Made by a program: the position numbers and the translations under genes. From an uncultured Clostridia bacterium (GTDB lineage: Bacteria; Bacillota; Clostridia; Oscillospirales; CAG-382), in NCBI GenBank assembly GCA_947626805.1, contig CANQTR010000004.1, positions 1 to 51,823 on the forward strand: 51,823 nt of DNA. Direction: 5' to 3'. Positions within the stretch are counted from its first letter, which is position 1; every line of letters starts with the position of its first letter. The notes under the pieces were generated by a model. It was not told the DNA's origin, ran no database searches, and saw only the letters and a program-made list of their open reading frames with translations. This document shows, in pieces, positions 27,753-37,821 of the stretch.

Positions 27753-29045
27753 ATGAAGAAGGAAGAATTTGAAACCTATTACGTTCATGCCAAGTCCGAA
27801 CCGATTCCGCCGGAGCGGATTGAACCGTTGCGACACCTGAAACCGCAAGGACCGACCGAACCGACCGACGGCGAAAAACACATTTCCCGCGGGGAAGCGG
27901 CGGAGGACATCGGGCTGTTCTTTGAACTGCTTCGGTACAACTACGCGGGGTATGCGTATTACCGGGATAAGGTGGATTTTTCCGCCGTGGAGCGGGAACT
28001 GCTCGACGGGCTCCCGGCGGACGGCACGACCGCGCGGGCGCTCCTGCACGCCATACATTCCGCCCTTTTTCCGTTCCTCAACGACAGCCACTTTACCTTA
28101 AAAGCGGGCGAGGAATATGCATCCTTTCAAAAACTCTTCAATGCGTTCTTCACCGGGCTGGTTCTCGCGCCGGACGGGGAGGACTATACCGTCGTGAACG
28201 GCACGGACGCCGTCCCGGCGGGGCGGAAATTCTCCGGGCAGGAGGTTTCCCCCTACCTTTTTGAAACGCTGCCGACGCCGGACGGGGAAAAACGGTATTT
28301 GCTCGGCGTGTATACGGATAATCCGGTCGAAAGTCTTTCCGTCGGCGGGACGGAACTGCCGCTCCACCGTTGTCGGACGGACAGTTGGCAGGCTGATTGC
28401 GATTATTTCGCACGCATGGAGAACGGCATTCCCATCGTGCATCACGGGAATTATAGAAACGAAAGCCTCCAATGGAATTACGAGCGCTTCCGCCGAATGG
28501 GAGAGTTGTTCCGGGACGCGCCGGAACTGATTTTCTCCCTCCTTTCCAACAGCGGCGGGAACAGCAATTACCCGATGCACTTCATCGAAGGATTGAACGG
28601 AAATGCGTGCTGGGAGATCGCTTGCGCCGTCGTCCAAAGTCCGTTGCTGACCGACGGCAAAAACGAGCCGGTCAAAACCTACAGGATCGAAGATAGCGAG
28701 GCGTCGGACCCCTCCAAAGGCACCTACGATGGGACGCTCTACGTTTTGATGAATAAATACGTCGCTTCCTCCGGCGAAGCGGCGCTCAAGTACGCTTCGA
28801 GCGTGCGAAACGTCAAGTTCATCGGAAGCGCGTCGATGGGGTGCGGGCAGTTCGGGGAAATTCTCCGCTATCGCCTGCCGCATTCCGGTGTTTATGTGTG
28901 GATGGGGTATAAGGTTTTCAATATGAACGGCTTCGAGGAGGGAAAGGGGATTCTGCCGGACTACTGGTTGGACGAGGACGACCCGATTTCCGCGCTCAAG
29001 ACGTATCTGCTCGCGAAGAATGCCGCGCAAAACCCGAACGTATGA
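27753..29045 (+). CDS. S41 family peptidase, no signal peptide visible
   Basis: YNYAGY, NDSHF, NSGGNS, VLMNKYVASSGE, EGKGILPDYW. Confidence 0.75.
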   Translation: MKKEEFETYYVHAKSEPIPPERIEPLRHLKPQGPTEPTDGEKHISRGEAAEDIGLFFELLRYNYAGYAYYRDKVDFSAVERELLDGLPADGTTARALLHAIHSALFPFLNDSHFTLKAGEEYASFQKLFNAFFTGLVLAPDGEDYTVVNGTDAVPAGRKFSGQEVSPYLFETLPTPDGEKRYLLGVYTDNPVESLSVGGTELPLHRCRTDSWQADCDYFARMENGIPIVHHGNYRNESLQWNYERFRRMGELFRDAPELIFSLLSNSGGNSNYPMHFIEGLNGNACWEIACAVVQSPLLTDGKNEPVKTYRIEDSEASDPSKGTYDGTLYVLMNKYVASSGEAALKYASSVRNVKFIGSASMGCGQFGEILRYRLPHSGVYVWMGYKVFNMNGFEEGKGILPDYWLDEDDPISALKTYLLAKNAAQNPNV

Positions 29046-29967
29046 CCCCGTATGTGGGTACGAGGGGGACGAAGAGTACGGTGGGGGAACTCGTCCCCCC
29101 ACACCCCCCGTAGCGCGAATTTCCCGGCTACGCCGGCAAATTCGAGGGGTTTTTAGATAAAATTCCGCTTCTCTGCCTCGGGATTTGCGTTCGGTGTTTG
29201 TTCGCTCGGGTTTTTTACCGCCCTGCCTCGGGGTTTTCGTTCGGTGTTTGTTCGCTCGGGTTTTTTACCGCCCTGCCTCGGGGTTTTCGTTCGGTGCCCT
29301 CTCGATTTTGCCTTCGCGACCCGCATTTCGCCTGCTCCGACGGTCCGCATTTGCGAACCGCCCTCGCTCGCACCCAATCCGCGTTTGTTTTTCGTGGAGG
29401 GGTACGTTTGGGGGTGCCGGCACCCACAAGCACCCTATGTTTGGGAATATATAAAAGGAAGGTACAAGTCAGAACCTTCCTTCTTTTCTTTTACGGACTT
29501 CCCGTTACCCCCAAGGTCTGTAGGTTGCTATCGCAACCAGCGCCCCCAATTGACCGCTCTGCCGTGAATCCAAAAACGCGGATTGAGTGCGGGCGAGGGC
29601 GGTTCAAAAACGCGGCTCGCCGAATTTCTTCACGTTATTTGGGTGCGAGCGAGGACGGTTCGCAAATGCGGACCGTCGGAGCAGGCAAAATGCGGGTCGC
29701 GAAGGTAAAATCGAGGGGGCACCGAACGCAAACCCCGAGGCGGGGCGGTAAAAAAACCGAGCAAGCACCGAACGAAAACCCCGAGGCGGGGCGGTAAAAA
29801 AACCGAGCAAGCACCGAACGAAAACCCCGAGGCAGGGAGGCGGAATTTTATCTAAAACCCCTCGAATTTACCGGCGTAGCCGGGAAATTCGCGCTACGGG
29901 GGTGTGGGGGTAGTTACTACCCCCACCGTACTCCTCGTCCCCCTCTGTACCCCTCTGTACCCCGTTG
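29046..29967. repeat. ~0.9-kb imperfect palindromic family X element with internal ~50-bp tandem repeats
   Basis: Arm ~29055-29378 is inverted at ~29638-29963; CGGGGTTTTCGTTCGGTG..TTTTACCGCCCTGCCT units are repeated in each arm. Confidence 0.88.
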
Positions 29968-31215
29968 TCAGCAGGTAAACAAACCGTACGGACCGCGGTC
30001 GGCGTCGGGGAACTCGGTACGCAACACCCAGCGACCGCCGGTAAAATCGGGAATCGCGACGGGCGCGCCGCCCATCGCGGCGGAATCGCCGGAAAGCGGC
30101 GTAATGCAAAGGAGCGTCGCGGTGTCGTAGGTGTCGATTGGCGGCACGAGCCCGTTCAGAACGCTGTCAAAGAACGCGTTGTAGACCAGCCAGTCGATGC
30201 CGTCGTGCCCGCCGATGGGGTCCTTGCGGTACTCCCGCCAAATCGGGTGCTCGTACCGCTCGGCGTAGCCCTCGGCGTTGCCGGCGACCTTGACGACGTT
30301 ATCGAACTCCGGCTCGCCGTCCATATGGATATAATCCCCGTCCTCGCAATACATGCCCTTCGTGCCGCGGACGGTGAACCCACGCGAATACATCCGCGGG
30401 AGGGTCGTATCCAGCGTCAGGACGATGGTCTGCCCGTTGGCGCATTTGATGACCGTCGTCGTCACGTCGCCCTGATTGAAGGTTTTCTCGGCGAGCGGGC
30501 TGTCCTGCCGGTGCTCGCGGACGTAGGCGCGCATGCCGAACGCTCCGGACGTGACCGTGTTGAGCGTCAGCATACGGTTTCCGTGGTTGATGTCCAGCAC
30601 CGCCATGATGGGTCCCAGTTCGTGCGTCGGGTAGTTTTCACAGTTGCGAAGGAGGTAATTCCGTTGCCGGTAGTGGCGGTTGACGTCGCCGTTGCCGATT
30701 TCGGCGCGCAAATCGTGCAGGTAGCCCCCGGCGCAATGGACAATCTCGCCGAATACCCCCTGCCGCACCATATGCAGCGCCATCAACTCCCGCCTGCCGT
30801 AACAGCAGTTCTCCAACAGCATACAGTGCACGCCGGTCTCCTCGTAGGTACGGACCAGCCGCCAGCAGTCCTCGACCGTGTACGCGCCGCCGACCTCCAT
30901 GCCGACCGGAATCCCCGCGCGCATCGCCTCGACGGCAATCCCGACGTGACTCTCCCACGCCGAAAGGACCAAAAGCGCTTGCGGACGGGACGCGATGACC
31001 TCGCGGTAATCCCGCGTGCAGAGCGGACGCGCGCCGGTTTGCGCCTCCACGCGGTCCGCGACGCTCTTCGCGCGGTCGTCGTACACGTCGCACACGGCGG
31101 TCAGCGCGAGTTTCCCGCGTTTGACCAACGGCAAAAGCACCGTATCCACGATGCCGCCGCCCCGCACGCCGAGCCCGACCACCCCGACGTGGAGCGGTGA
31201 ATGTTTCTGTTCCAT
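29968..31215 (-). CDS. Gfo/Idh/MocA-family, GH109-like NAD-dependent glycosidase
   Basis: GLGVRG, LENCCY, GGYLHDLR, NYPTHELGP, GGHDGID. Confidence 0.85.
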   Translation of the reverse strand: MEQKHSPLHVGVVGLGVRGGGIVDTVLLPLVKRGKLALTAVCDVYDDRAKSVADRVEAQTGARPLCTRDYREVIASRPQALLVLSAWESHVGIAVEAMRAGIPVGMEVGGAYTVEDCWRLVRTYEETGVHCMLLENCCYGRRELMALHMVRQGVFGEIVHCAGGYLHDLRAEIGNGDVNRHYRQRNYLLRNCENYPTHELGPIMAVLDINHGNRMLTLNTVTSGAFGMRAYVREHRQDSPLAEKTFNQGDVTTTVIKCANGQTIVLTLDTTLPRMYSRGFTVRGTKGMYCEDGDYIHMDGEPEFDNVVKVAGNAEGYAERYEHPIWREYRKDPIGGHDGIDWLVYNAFFDSVLNGLVPPIDTYDTATLLCITPLSGDSAAMGGAPVAIPDFTGGRWVLRTEFPDADRGPYGLFTC

Positions 31216-31250
31216 AGGTAATTCCCTCTCTTTCGGATTTCAACACCCAA

Positions 31251-31279
31251 ATGATAACACACCCGACCCGGTTTGTCAA
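31251..31279 (-). promoter_or_regulatory. Sigma-A promoter TTGACA-17-TATCAT
   Basis: tgtcaa 31274-31279, atgata 31251-31256. Confidence 0.65.
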
Positions 31280-31414
31280 CCGTTTTTTCGCACGCGGCGG
31301 GCGCGAAGAAAAATTTTTTGCCGAAAAATTCCGTTACCCCCTTTACTTTAGCGCCGTTTTGTTGTAAAATTAGGATGTATCACTATCTATCGAGAGAGAA
31401 AGAGAGAAACAGTC

Positions 31415-32314
31415 ATGACGCTTTTGGTAATGGCGGCCGGACTGGGGAGCCGCTACGGCGGGCTCAAGCAAATGGACCCGGTCGGCCCGAACGGGGAATT
31501 CATTTTGGACTATACCGTGTACGACGCGGTGCGCGCCGGTTTCGACCGGGTGATTTTCGTGATTCGGCCGGAAAACGAGCAGGCGTTCCGCGAAACGCTC
31601 GGCGACCGTATCGCGTCGCGGCACGGGGGGCGCGTGGAGGTGCGGTACGCGTTTCAGGCGCTGTCCGACCTGCCGGCGGGATTCGCGGTCCCGGCGGGAC
31701 GGGAAAAGCAGTGGGGCACCGCCCACGCCGTGCTTGCCGCGCGGGAGCTGTTGCGCGACGAGGGGTTCGCGGTGGTCAACGCCGACGACCTCTACGGCAA
31801 GGAGACCTTCCGCCTTCTGCATAACTTCCTCGCGGACGGGACGGGGCGCGCTTGCGGCTGTATGGTCGGGTTCCCGTTGCGGAACACGATGACCGAAAAC
31901 GGCACGGTGTCCCGCGGGGTATGCGTCTGCGACGAAAACGGCAACCTGCTCGACATTTGCGAGCGCACCGAAATCGGCACGCGCCCGGACGGGAGCGCCG
32001 CCTACCGCGAGGACGGCGTCTGGCACCCGCTGGATAAGGACTGCACCGTTTCCATGAACGCGTGGGCGCTCGACGGCGGCTTCTTGCGTTCGGCGGAGGC
32101 GGGGTTCGCGGACTTTTTGCGGACGCTGAAAGACCCGCTGAAGCAGGAATACTACCTCCCGACCGCCGTCTGGGCGTACCGCAACGCATGCGGGCGTCCC
32201 TTGCGCGTCCTTCGCACGGGCGACCGCTGGTACGGCGTGACCTACCGCGAGGACCGTCCGCGGGTGGTCGAATACTTGCGCGAACAAACCGCGAACGGCG
32301 CGTATCCCTTTTGA
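31415..32314 (+). CDS. Sugar-phosphate nucleotidyltransferase family protein
   Basis: MAAGLGSRYGGLKQ, WGTAHAV, NADDLYG, WYGVTYRED. Confidence 0.88.
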   Translation: MTLLVMAAGLGSRYGGLKQMDPVGPNGEFILDYTVYDAVRAGFDRVIFVIRPENEQAFRETLGDRIASRHGGRVEVRYAFQALSDLPAGFAVPAGREKQWGTAHAVLAARELLRDEGFAVVNADDLYGKETFRLLHNFLADGTGRACGCMVGFPLRNTMTENGTVSRGVCVCDENGNLLDICERTEIGTRPDGSAAYREDGVWHPLDKDCTVSMNAWALDGGFLRSAEAGFADFLRTLKDPLKQEYYLPTAVWAYRNACGRPLRVLRTGDRWYGVTYREDRPRVVEYLREQTANGAYPF

Positions 32315-32341
32315 GGAACATCGAAAAGAAAGGAAATCTCT

Positions 32342-33271
32342 ATGAAAATCGGCATTGACCTCGGCGGCACGAACGTCGACATCGGCGCGGTGGACGACAA
32401 CTACCGTATTCTACATTCGCTCGAATTCCGCACGGCGGACTGCCGCACGCCGGAAGCACTGCAAACCATCGTCCTCGACGGCGCCCGCAAACTCATCACG
32501 GAGGCGGGACTGGACGGGGAGCACATCGACTTCATCGGCATGGGCTGTCCGGGGGAAATCGACACGGAAAAGGGCGTCGCCCTCGCCGCGGATAACCTCC
32601 CCATCGACCGTATTCCGTTCGCGAAACTGCTGTCCGACGCGTTCGGCGCCCCCGCGAAACTGGACAACGACGCGAATTGCGCCGCCTGGGGCGAATATAT
32701 GGCGGGCGTTTCGAAGGGCTACCGCAACGTCGTGACGGTCACGCTCGGCACGGGCATCGGCGGCGGCATCATCGTCGACGGGAAACTGCTGCACGGCAAG
32801 GAGAACCACGCCGGGGAAATCGGGCATATGGTCATCGATATCCACGGCAAACGGTGCGGTTGCGGCCGTATCGGCTGCTGGGAAACGGTCGCGTCCACCC
32901 GCGCGCTGACGCGGGAGGTCGAACACCAGGCGCAATACGCCCCGAACAGCCGCCTCGGCAAACTGATTGCCGCCAACGGCGGTCGCGCGAACGGAAAGAC
33001 CCTCTTCATCGCCATGAGCGAGGAGGACAATATGGCACGAAGTATCTTCAACGACTGGATTCGCTCGCTGGAGGTCGGGATGTGGAACATCATCAACATC
33101 TTCCGCCCGGACATGATTGTCATCTCCGGCGGTATCAGCAAGGAAGGCGAAACGCTGCTGCAGCCGCTCCGCGCGGCGGTCGGAAAATGCTCGACCATGA
33201 TTCGCGCCGGGCGGCTCGGCGGACAGGCGGGGCTCATCGGCGCGGCGGCGCTGGACGAACTGTCCATCTGA
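32342..33271 (+). CDS. ROK family sugar kinase
   Basis: IGIDLGGT, NDANCAA, TLGTGIGGG, GEIGH, CGCGRIGCWE; no HTH. Confidence 0.9.
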   Translation: MKIGIDLGGTNVDIGAVDDNYRILHSLEFRTADCRTPEALQTIVLDGARKLITEAGLDGEHIDFIGMGCPGEIDTEKGVALAADNLPIDRIPFAKLLSDAFGAPAKLDNDANCAAWGEYMAGVSKGYRNVVTVTLGTGIGGGIIVDGKLLHGKENHAGEIGHMVIDIHGKRCGCGRIGCWETVASTRALTREVEHQAQYAPNSRLGKLIAANGGRANGKTLFIAMSEEDNMARSIFNDWIRSLEVGMWNIINIFRPDMIVISGGISKEGETLLQPLRAAVGKCSTMIRAGRLGGQAGLIGAAALDELSI

Positions 33272-33314
33272 CGCGCACGAAGCGAAAAAACGTCATTCAG
33301 GAAGGAATTTCCGC

Positions 33315-34322
33315 ATGATTATCCTGCTCAAACCCCGCGTACCGCAAAAGAAAACCGACGAACTGGTGGATTGGCTCCGCTCGAAGGGGCTCGACGTGCA
33401 CCGCTCCGTCGGGCAGTACCAGACCGTCCTCGGACTGATTGGCGACACGTCCCGCGTCGACGCGGACCTGCTGTCCGGTCTGGAAATCGTCGAAAAGGTC
33501 CAGCGCGTTTCCGAGCCGTTCAAAATGGCCAACCGCAAGTTCCACGAGGCGGACACTTGCGTCGAAACCGGTCCGTTCCGGGTCGGCGGCGGGCAGTTTG
33601 CCTTGCTCGCGGGTCCCTGCTCGGTCGAAAGCGAGGAGCAGATCCTGCAGGTCGCGCGGGCGGTCAAGCAGGCGGGCGCGACGGCGCTCCGCGGGGGCGC
33701 GTTCAAGCCCCGTACGTCGCCCTACGCCTTTCAGGGGCTCGGCGCGGACGGTATCGAACTGCTGCTGAAAGCCAAGGCGGAAACCGGGCTCCCCATCGTC
33801 ACCGAAATCATGAACGCTTCCCACCTGCCCCTGTTCGAACAGGTCGACATCATTCAGGTGGGCGCGCGGAATATGCAGAATTTCGAACTGCTCAAGGAAC
33901 TCGGACGCCTCCGCAAGCCGATTCTGCTCAAGCGCGGGCTTGCGAACACCGTGCAGGAACTGCTCATGTCGGCGGAATACATTCTCGCCGGCGGGAACGA
34001 GCAGGTCATTCTTTGCGAGCGCGGTATCCGCACGTTCGAGACCGTCACCCGCAACACCCTCGACCTCTCCGCCGTCCCGGCGCTCAAGGAGTTGACCCAC
34101 CTGCCCGTGGTCGTCGACCCGAGCCACGCGACCGGCGTCGCGCGCTACGTCCCGCCGCTGGCGCTCGCCGCGACGGCTGCCGGCGCGGACGGACTGCTGA
34201 TTGAGGTCCACAACCGGCCCGAGCGCGCCCTTTGCGACGGGCCGCAATCCCTCACGCCCGAGCAGTTCTCGTCGCTCGCGGACCGCGTTTTCAAATTGCG
34301 GGATACGCTCGGGAACGCCTGA
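33315..34322 (+). CDS. aroF: DAHP synthase, type I-beta with N-terminal ACT-like domain
   Basis: [34 protein letters not shown]. Confidence 0.95.
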   Translation: MIILLKPRVPQKKTDELVDWLRSKGLDVHRSVGQYQTVLGLIGDTSRVDADLLSGLEIVEKVQRVSEPFKMANRKFHEADTCVETGPFRVGGGQFALLAGPCSVESEEQILQVARAVKQAGATALRGGAFKPRTSPYAFQGLGADGIELLLKAKAETGLPIVTEIMNASHLPLFEQVDIIQVGARNMQNFELLKELGRLRKPILLKRGLANTVQELLMSAEYILAGGNEQVILCERGIRTFETVTRNTLDLSAVPALKELTHLPVVVDPSHATGVARYVPPLALAATAAGADGLLIEVHNRPERALCDGPQSLTPEQFSSLADRVFKLRDTLGNA

Positions 34323-34349
34323 ATTCCATTTCCACGGAGGTTTCCCTTT

Positions 34350-35201
34350 ATGAAAATCGGCATCGTTGGCCTCGGGACCATCGGCGGTTCCCTCGCCAAA
34401 GCCATTAAAAGCCATACAGAACACGAAGTTTACGGGGCGGACGCCGATTCGGACGCCATCGCGTTCGCCCATTTTACCGACCTCATCGACGGCGAACTGG
34501 ACGAGGCGGTCCTGCCGTCGCTCGACCTGCTCCTGCTCGCGCTCTATCCGCAGGACGCGGTGGCGTACCTGCAAAAAGCCGCCCCGCTCCTGCCGACCTC
34601 CTGCGTCGCGCTGGACTGTTGCGGCGTCAAGCGGGCGGTATTCCCGGCGTTCGTCGCGGCGGCGGAGGCGCACGGGTTCCGGTTCGTCGGCGGTCACCCG
34701 ATGGCGGGCGCGGTCGCGAGCGGTTTTCGCGCGTCGCGGGAGAAGATGTTCAAGGGCGCGAGCATGGTGCTGGTCCCCGGCGCGAACGCCGACCTGCCGA
34801 CGCTGGATATGCTTTGCGCGTTCTTCCGTTCGCTCGGCTTCACCCGTATCGTCACCGCCACGCCCGAACAGCACGACCGCATGATCGCGTTCACGTCCCA
34901 ACTCCCCCACGTCCTGTCGAACGCCTACGTCAAAAGCCCGTCCGCACGCGACCACCGCGGCTTTTCCGCCGGCAGTTACCGCGACATGGCACGCGTCGCC
35001 GGTCTGAACGTCCCGATGTGGACCGAACTGTTCCTGGACAACGCCGACTACCTGACCGACGAGCTCGACACCCTGCTCGCCAACCTCACCGCCTACCGCG
35101 ACGCGCTCGCGAACCGCGACGCCGCAGCGCTGACCGCCCTGCTGCAGGCCGGCGTCGACTGCAAGACCGCCGCGGACGCGTCCGACCCCGCCGACGGCTG
35201 A
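34350..35201 (+). CDS. tyrA: Prephenate dehydrogenase
   Basis: GLGTIGGS, GGHPMAG, HDRMIAFTSQLPH. Confidence 0.92.
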   Translation: MKIGIVGLGTIGGSLAKAIKSHTEHEVYGADADSDAIAFAHFTDLIDGELDEAVLPSLDLLLLALYPQDAVAYLQKAAPLLPTSCVALDCCGVKRAVFPAFVAAAEAHGFRFVGGHPMAGAVASGFRASREKMFKGASMVLVPGANADLPTLDMLCAFFRSLGFTRIVTATPEQHDRMIAFTSQLPHVLSNAYVKSPSARDHRGFSAGSYRDMARVAGLNVPMWTELFLDNADYLTDELDTLLANLTAYRDALANRDAAALTALLQAGVDCKTAADASDPADG

Positions 35202-35221
35202 ACGAAAGGAGCGCACTTCCC

Positions 35222-36292
35222 ATGCCCACCATTTCCGTCCGCACCGCCCGCCCCTACGAGGTGACCATTCAAACCGGACTGCTCGACCGCGTCGGCGAAC
35301 GTTCCGCCCCGCTCCTGCCCGGCAGGACCGCCGCGCTCGTCACGGATTCGACGGTCGACCCGCTCTACGGCGACCGCGCGCAAGCGTCGCTCGAACGGGC
35401 GGGGTTTCGGGTCTGCAAACTGGTCCTCCCGGCGGGCGAACAGACAAAATGCCTGTCCCGCCTCGGCGAAACGCTGGAATTCCTCGCGTCCAACCGCCTG
35501 ACCCGCACGGACGCGGTGTTCGCGCTCGGCGGCGGCGTGATTGGCGACCTTGCGGGGTTCGCTTCGGCGGTCTACCTACGGGGGATACGCTACGTCCAGC
35601 TCCCGACGACCCTGCTCGCGGCCGTGGATTCCTCGGTCGGCGGCAAGACCGCAATCGACCTCGCGGCGGGCAAGAACCTCGCGGGCGCGTTCCACCAGCC
35701 CACGGCGGTTTTTTGCGACCCGACGCTGCTTTCGACGCTCCCGGCGGAGACCGTTTCGGACGGGTGCGCGGAAGTCGTCAAGTACGCCCTGCTCGACGGG
35801 GAGCCGCTGCGCACCCTGCTCGCCGACCCCGCGAAGGTGGATTGGGAGCGCGTCGTCGCCGCTTGCGTCGCGGTCAAACGCGACCTCGTCGAAAAGGACG
35901 AGCATGACCTCGGCGAACGCATGCTGCTCAACCTCGGACACACGTTCGGTCACGCCGTCGAGCAGGCGTCCGCCCTGACCGTGACCCACGGCAAGGCCGT
36001 CGCCATCGGCATGGTCGCCGCGTCCCGGCTGTCCGCCGCCCTCGGGCTTTGCGGCGCGGACCTGCCGGCGGAGGTCGCCGACCTGCTGACCCGCTACGGG
36101 CTGCCGGTCGAATCCCCCTACCCGCCGTCCCGCCTGCTCCCCGCGATGGGAACGGACAAGAAACGGGCGGGGCAGGTCCTGCGGCTGGTCCTGCCGGAGC
36201 GGTTCGGGAAGTGCGTCCTGCGCGAAACGCCCGTCGACGAACTGCCGTCGCTCCTGCCGCTTGCGTTCCCCGGAAAGGAGGTCAACCCGTGA
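35222..36292 (+). CDS. aroB: 3-dehydroquinate synthase
   Basis: GGGVIGDLAGF, PTTLLAAVDSSVGGKT, LNLGHTFGHAVE. Confidence 0.95.
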   Translation: MPTISVRTARPYEVTIQTGLLDRVGERSAPLLPGRTAALVTDSTVDPLYGDRAQASLERAGFRVCKLVLPAGEQTKCLSRLGETLEFLASNRLTRTDAVFALGGGVIGDLAGFASAVYLRGIRYVQLPTTLLAAVDSSVGGKTAIDLAAGKNLAGAFHQPTAVFCDPTLLSTLPAETVSDGCAEVVKYALLDGEPLRTLLADPAKVDWERVVAACVAVKRDLVEKDEHDLGERMLLNLGHTFGHAVEQASALTVTHGKAVAIGMVAASRLSAALGLCGADLPAEVADLLTRYGLPVESPYPPSRLLPAMGTDKKRAGQVLRLVLPERFGKCVLRETPVDELPSLLPLAFPGKEVNP

Positions 36293-37545
36293 CGGTCGTC
36301 GTCCCCCCCGCCCGGCTCGCCGGGTCCGTCCGCGCCATCCCGTCGAAGTCGCATATGCACCGCGCGCTGATTTGCGCGTCCCTCGCCGACCGCCCGACCG
36401 ACCTGCTCTGCCCGGAAACCAACCGGGACATCGAGGCGACCGTCGGCTGTCTCCGTGCGCTGGGCGCGGAAATCGTCGAGCGCGACGGCGTCTGCACGGT
36501 CCGTCCCGTCGCCCGTCCGACCCCCCGCTCGCGGGAGCGCGTCCTGCTGGATTGCGGCGAAAGCGGGTCGACTTTGCGGTTCCTCCTGCCGCTCGCCCCG
36601 GCGCTGGGCGTTTCCGCCGCGTTCGTCGGGCGCGGACGGCTCGCCGAACGGCCGCTGTCCCCGCTGTATGAGCAGCTGCTCGCGCACGGCGCGGCGCTCT
36701 CCCCCGCCGGCGCTTTCCCGCTGACGGTCGACGGACAGCTGACCCCCGGCGAATACCGCATGGACGGCGGCGTCAGTTCGCAATTTTTCACCGGACTCCT
36801 GCTCGCCCTGCCGCTCCTGAACGGCGAAAGCCGCGTCGTCGTGGAGGGGACGCTCGCGTCCGCCCCGTACATCGCGCTGACGGAAACGGTGCAGTGCGCC
36901 TTCGGCGTCGTCGCACGGCGGGACGGTCCGCAAATCGCCGTTTCCCCGCAATCCTACCGTTCCCCCGGCACGCTCGCCGTCGAGGGGGACTGGTCGAACG
37001 CCGCCTTTTGGCTGGTCGCGGGCGCGCTGAACGGCGAAGTCACCGTCACCGGCTTACGTCCGGATTCCGCGCAAGGGGACCGCGCGATTCTGCCGCTCCT
37101 ACGCCGAATGGGGGCGGACATCCGCGCCGACGGGGATTCCGTCACGGTGTCCCGTTCCCGCCTGCACGGCGTCGAAATCGACGCGACGGACATTCCCGAC
37201 CTCGTGCCGGTGCTTGCCGTCGCCGCCGCCGCCGCGGAGGGGGAAACCCGTATCGTCGGCGCGTCCCGCCTGCGCCTGAAGGAAAGCGACCGTATCCGTT
37301 CGGTATGCGGTCTGTTGCGCGCGCTCGGCGCGCCCTGCTTTGAAACGCCGGACGGGCTTCGCATTCCCGGCGGCGGGCTTGTCGGCGGGGACGCGGACGC
37401 CTGCAACGACCACCGCATCGCCATGAGCGCCGCCGTCGCCGCTTGCGCTTGCGCGTCCCCCGTCCGTATCAGCGGCGCCGAGTCCGCCGAAAAGTCCTAT
37501 CCCGCTTTCTTCCGCGATTTCGAATCCTTGCGGCAGGGCGGGTAG
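36289..37545 (+). CDS. aroA: EPSP synthase
   Basis: PSKSHMHR, GESGSTLRF, SSQF, LRLKESDR, NDHRIAM; GTG start overlaps the aroB stop. Confidence 0.95.
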   Translation: MTVVVPPARLAGSVRAIPSKSHMHRALICASLADRPTDLLCPETNRDIEATVGCLRALGAEIVERDGVCTVRPVARPTPRSRERVLLDCGESGSTLRFLLPLAPALGVSAAFVGRGRLAERPLSPLYEQLLAHGAALSPAGAFPLTVDGQLTPGEYRMDGGVSSQFFTGLLLALPLLNGESRVVVEGTLASAPYIALTETVQCAFGVVARRDGPQIAVSPQSYRSPGTLAVEGDWSNAAFWLVAGALNGEVTVTGLRPDSAQGDRAILPLLRRMGADIRADGDSVTVSRSRLHGVEIDATDIPDLVPVLAVAAAAAEGETRIVGASRLRLKESDRIRSVCGLLRALGAPCFETPDGLRIPGGGLVGGDADACNDHRIAMSAAVAACACASPVRISGAESAEKSYPAFFRDFESLRQGG

Positions 37546-37790
37546 AAAGTACGAGGGGTACGAGGAGGAGTACGTTGGGGGTGCCAGCACCCCCAAGCCC
37601 CCCTAGCGCGAAGTCGACTGCCGTCGACTTCGGGGGTGGACGATAAAAAAGACTTCCTGCCTGGAAATGAGCGTCGGCGCGCCTCCCAATCCCGGTATTC
37701 GCCGGCTCCGACGGCTTGTCCCAAGCCGTCCTCGCTCGCACCCATTTTACGTGGGATACACGCGACGGGGACATTTTCCGACGCCCCCAA
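37542..37790 (+). repeat. Family X REP-like element inside the aro operon
   Basis: GTACG..GGGGTGCCAGCACCCC..CGAAGTCGACTGCCGTCGACTTCG; CCTCGCTCGCACCCA block shared with other copies. Confidence 0.75.
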
Positions 37791-37821
37791 AACTTACGTA
37801 ACGCGAAAGGATTGTGAAACC

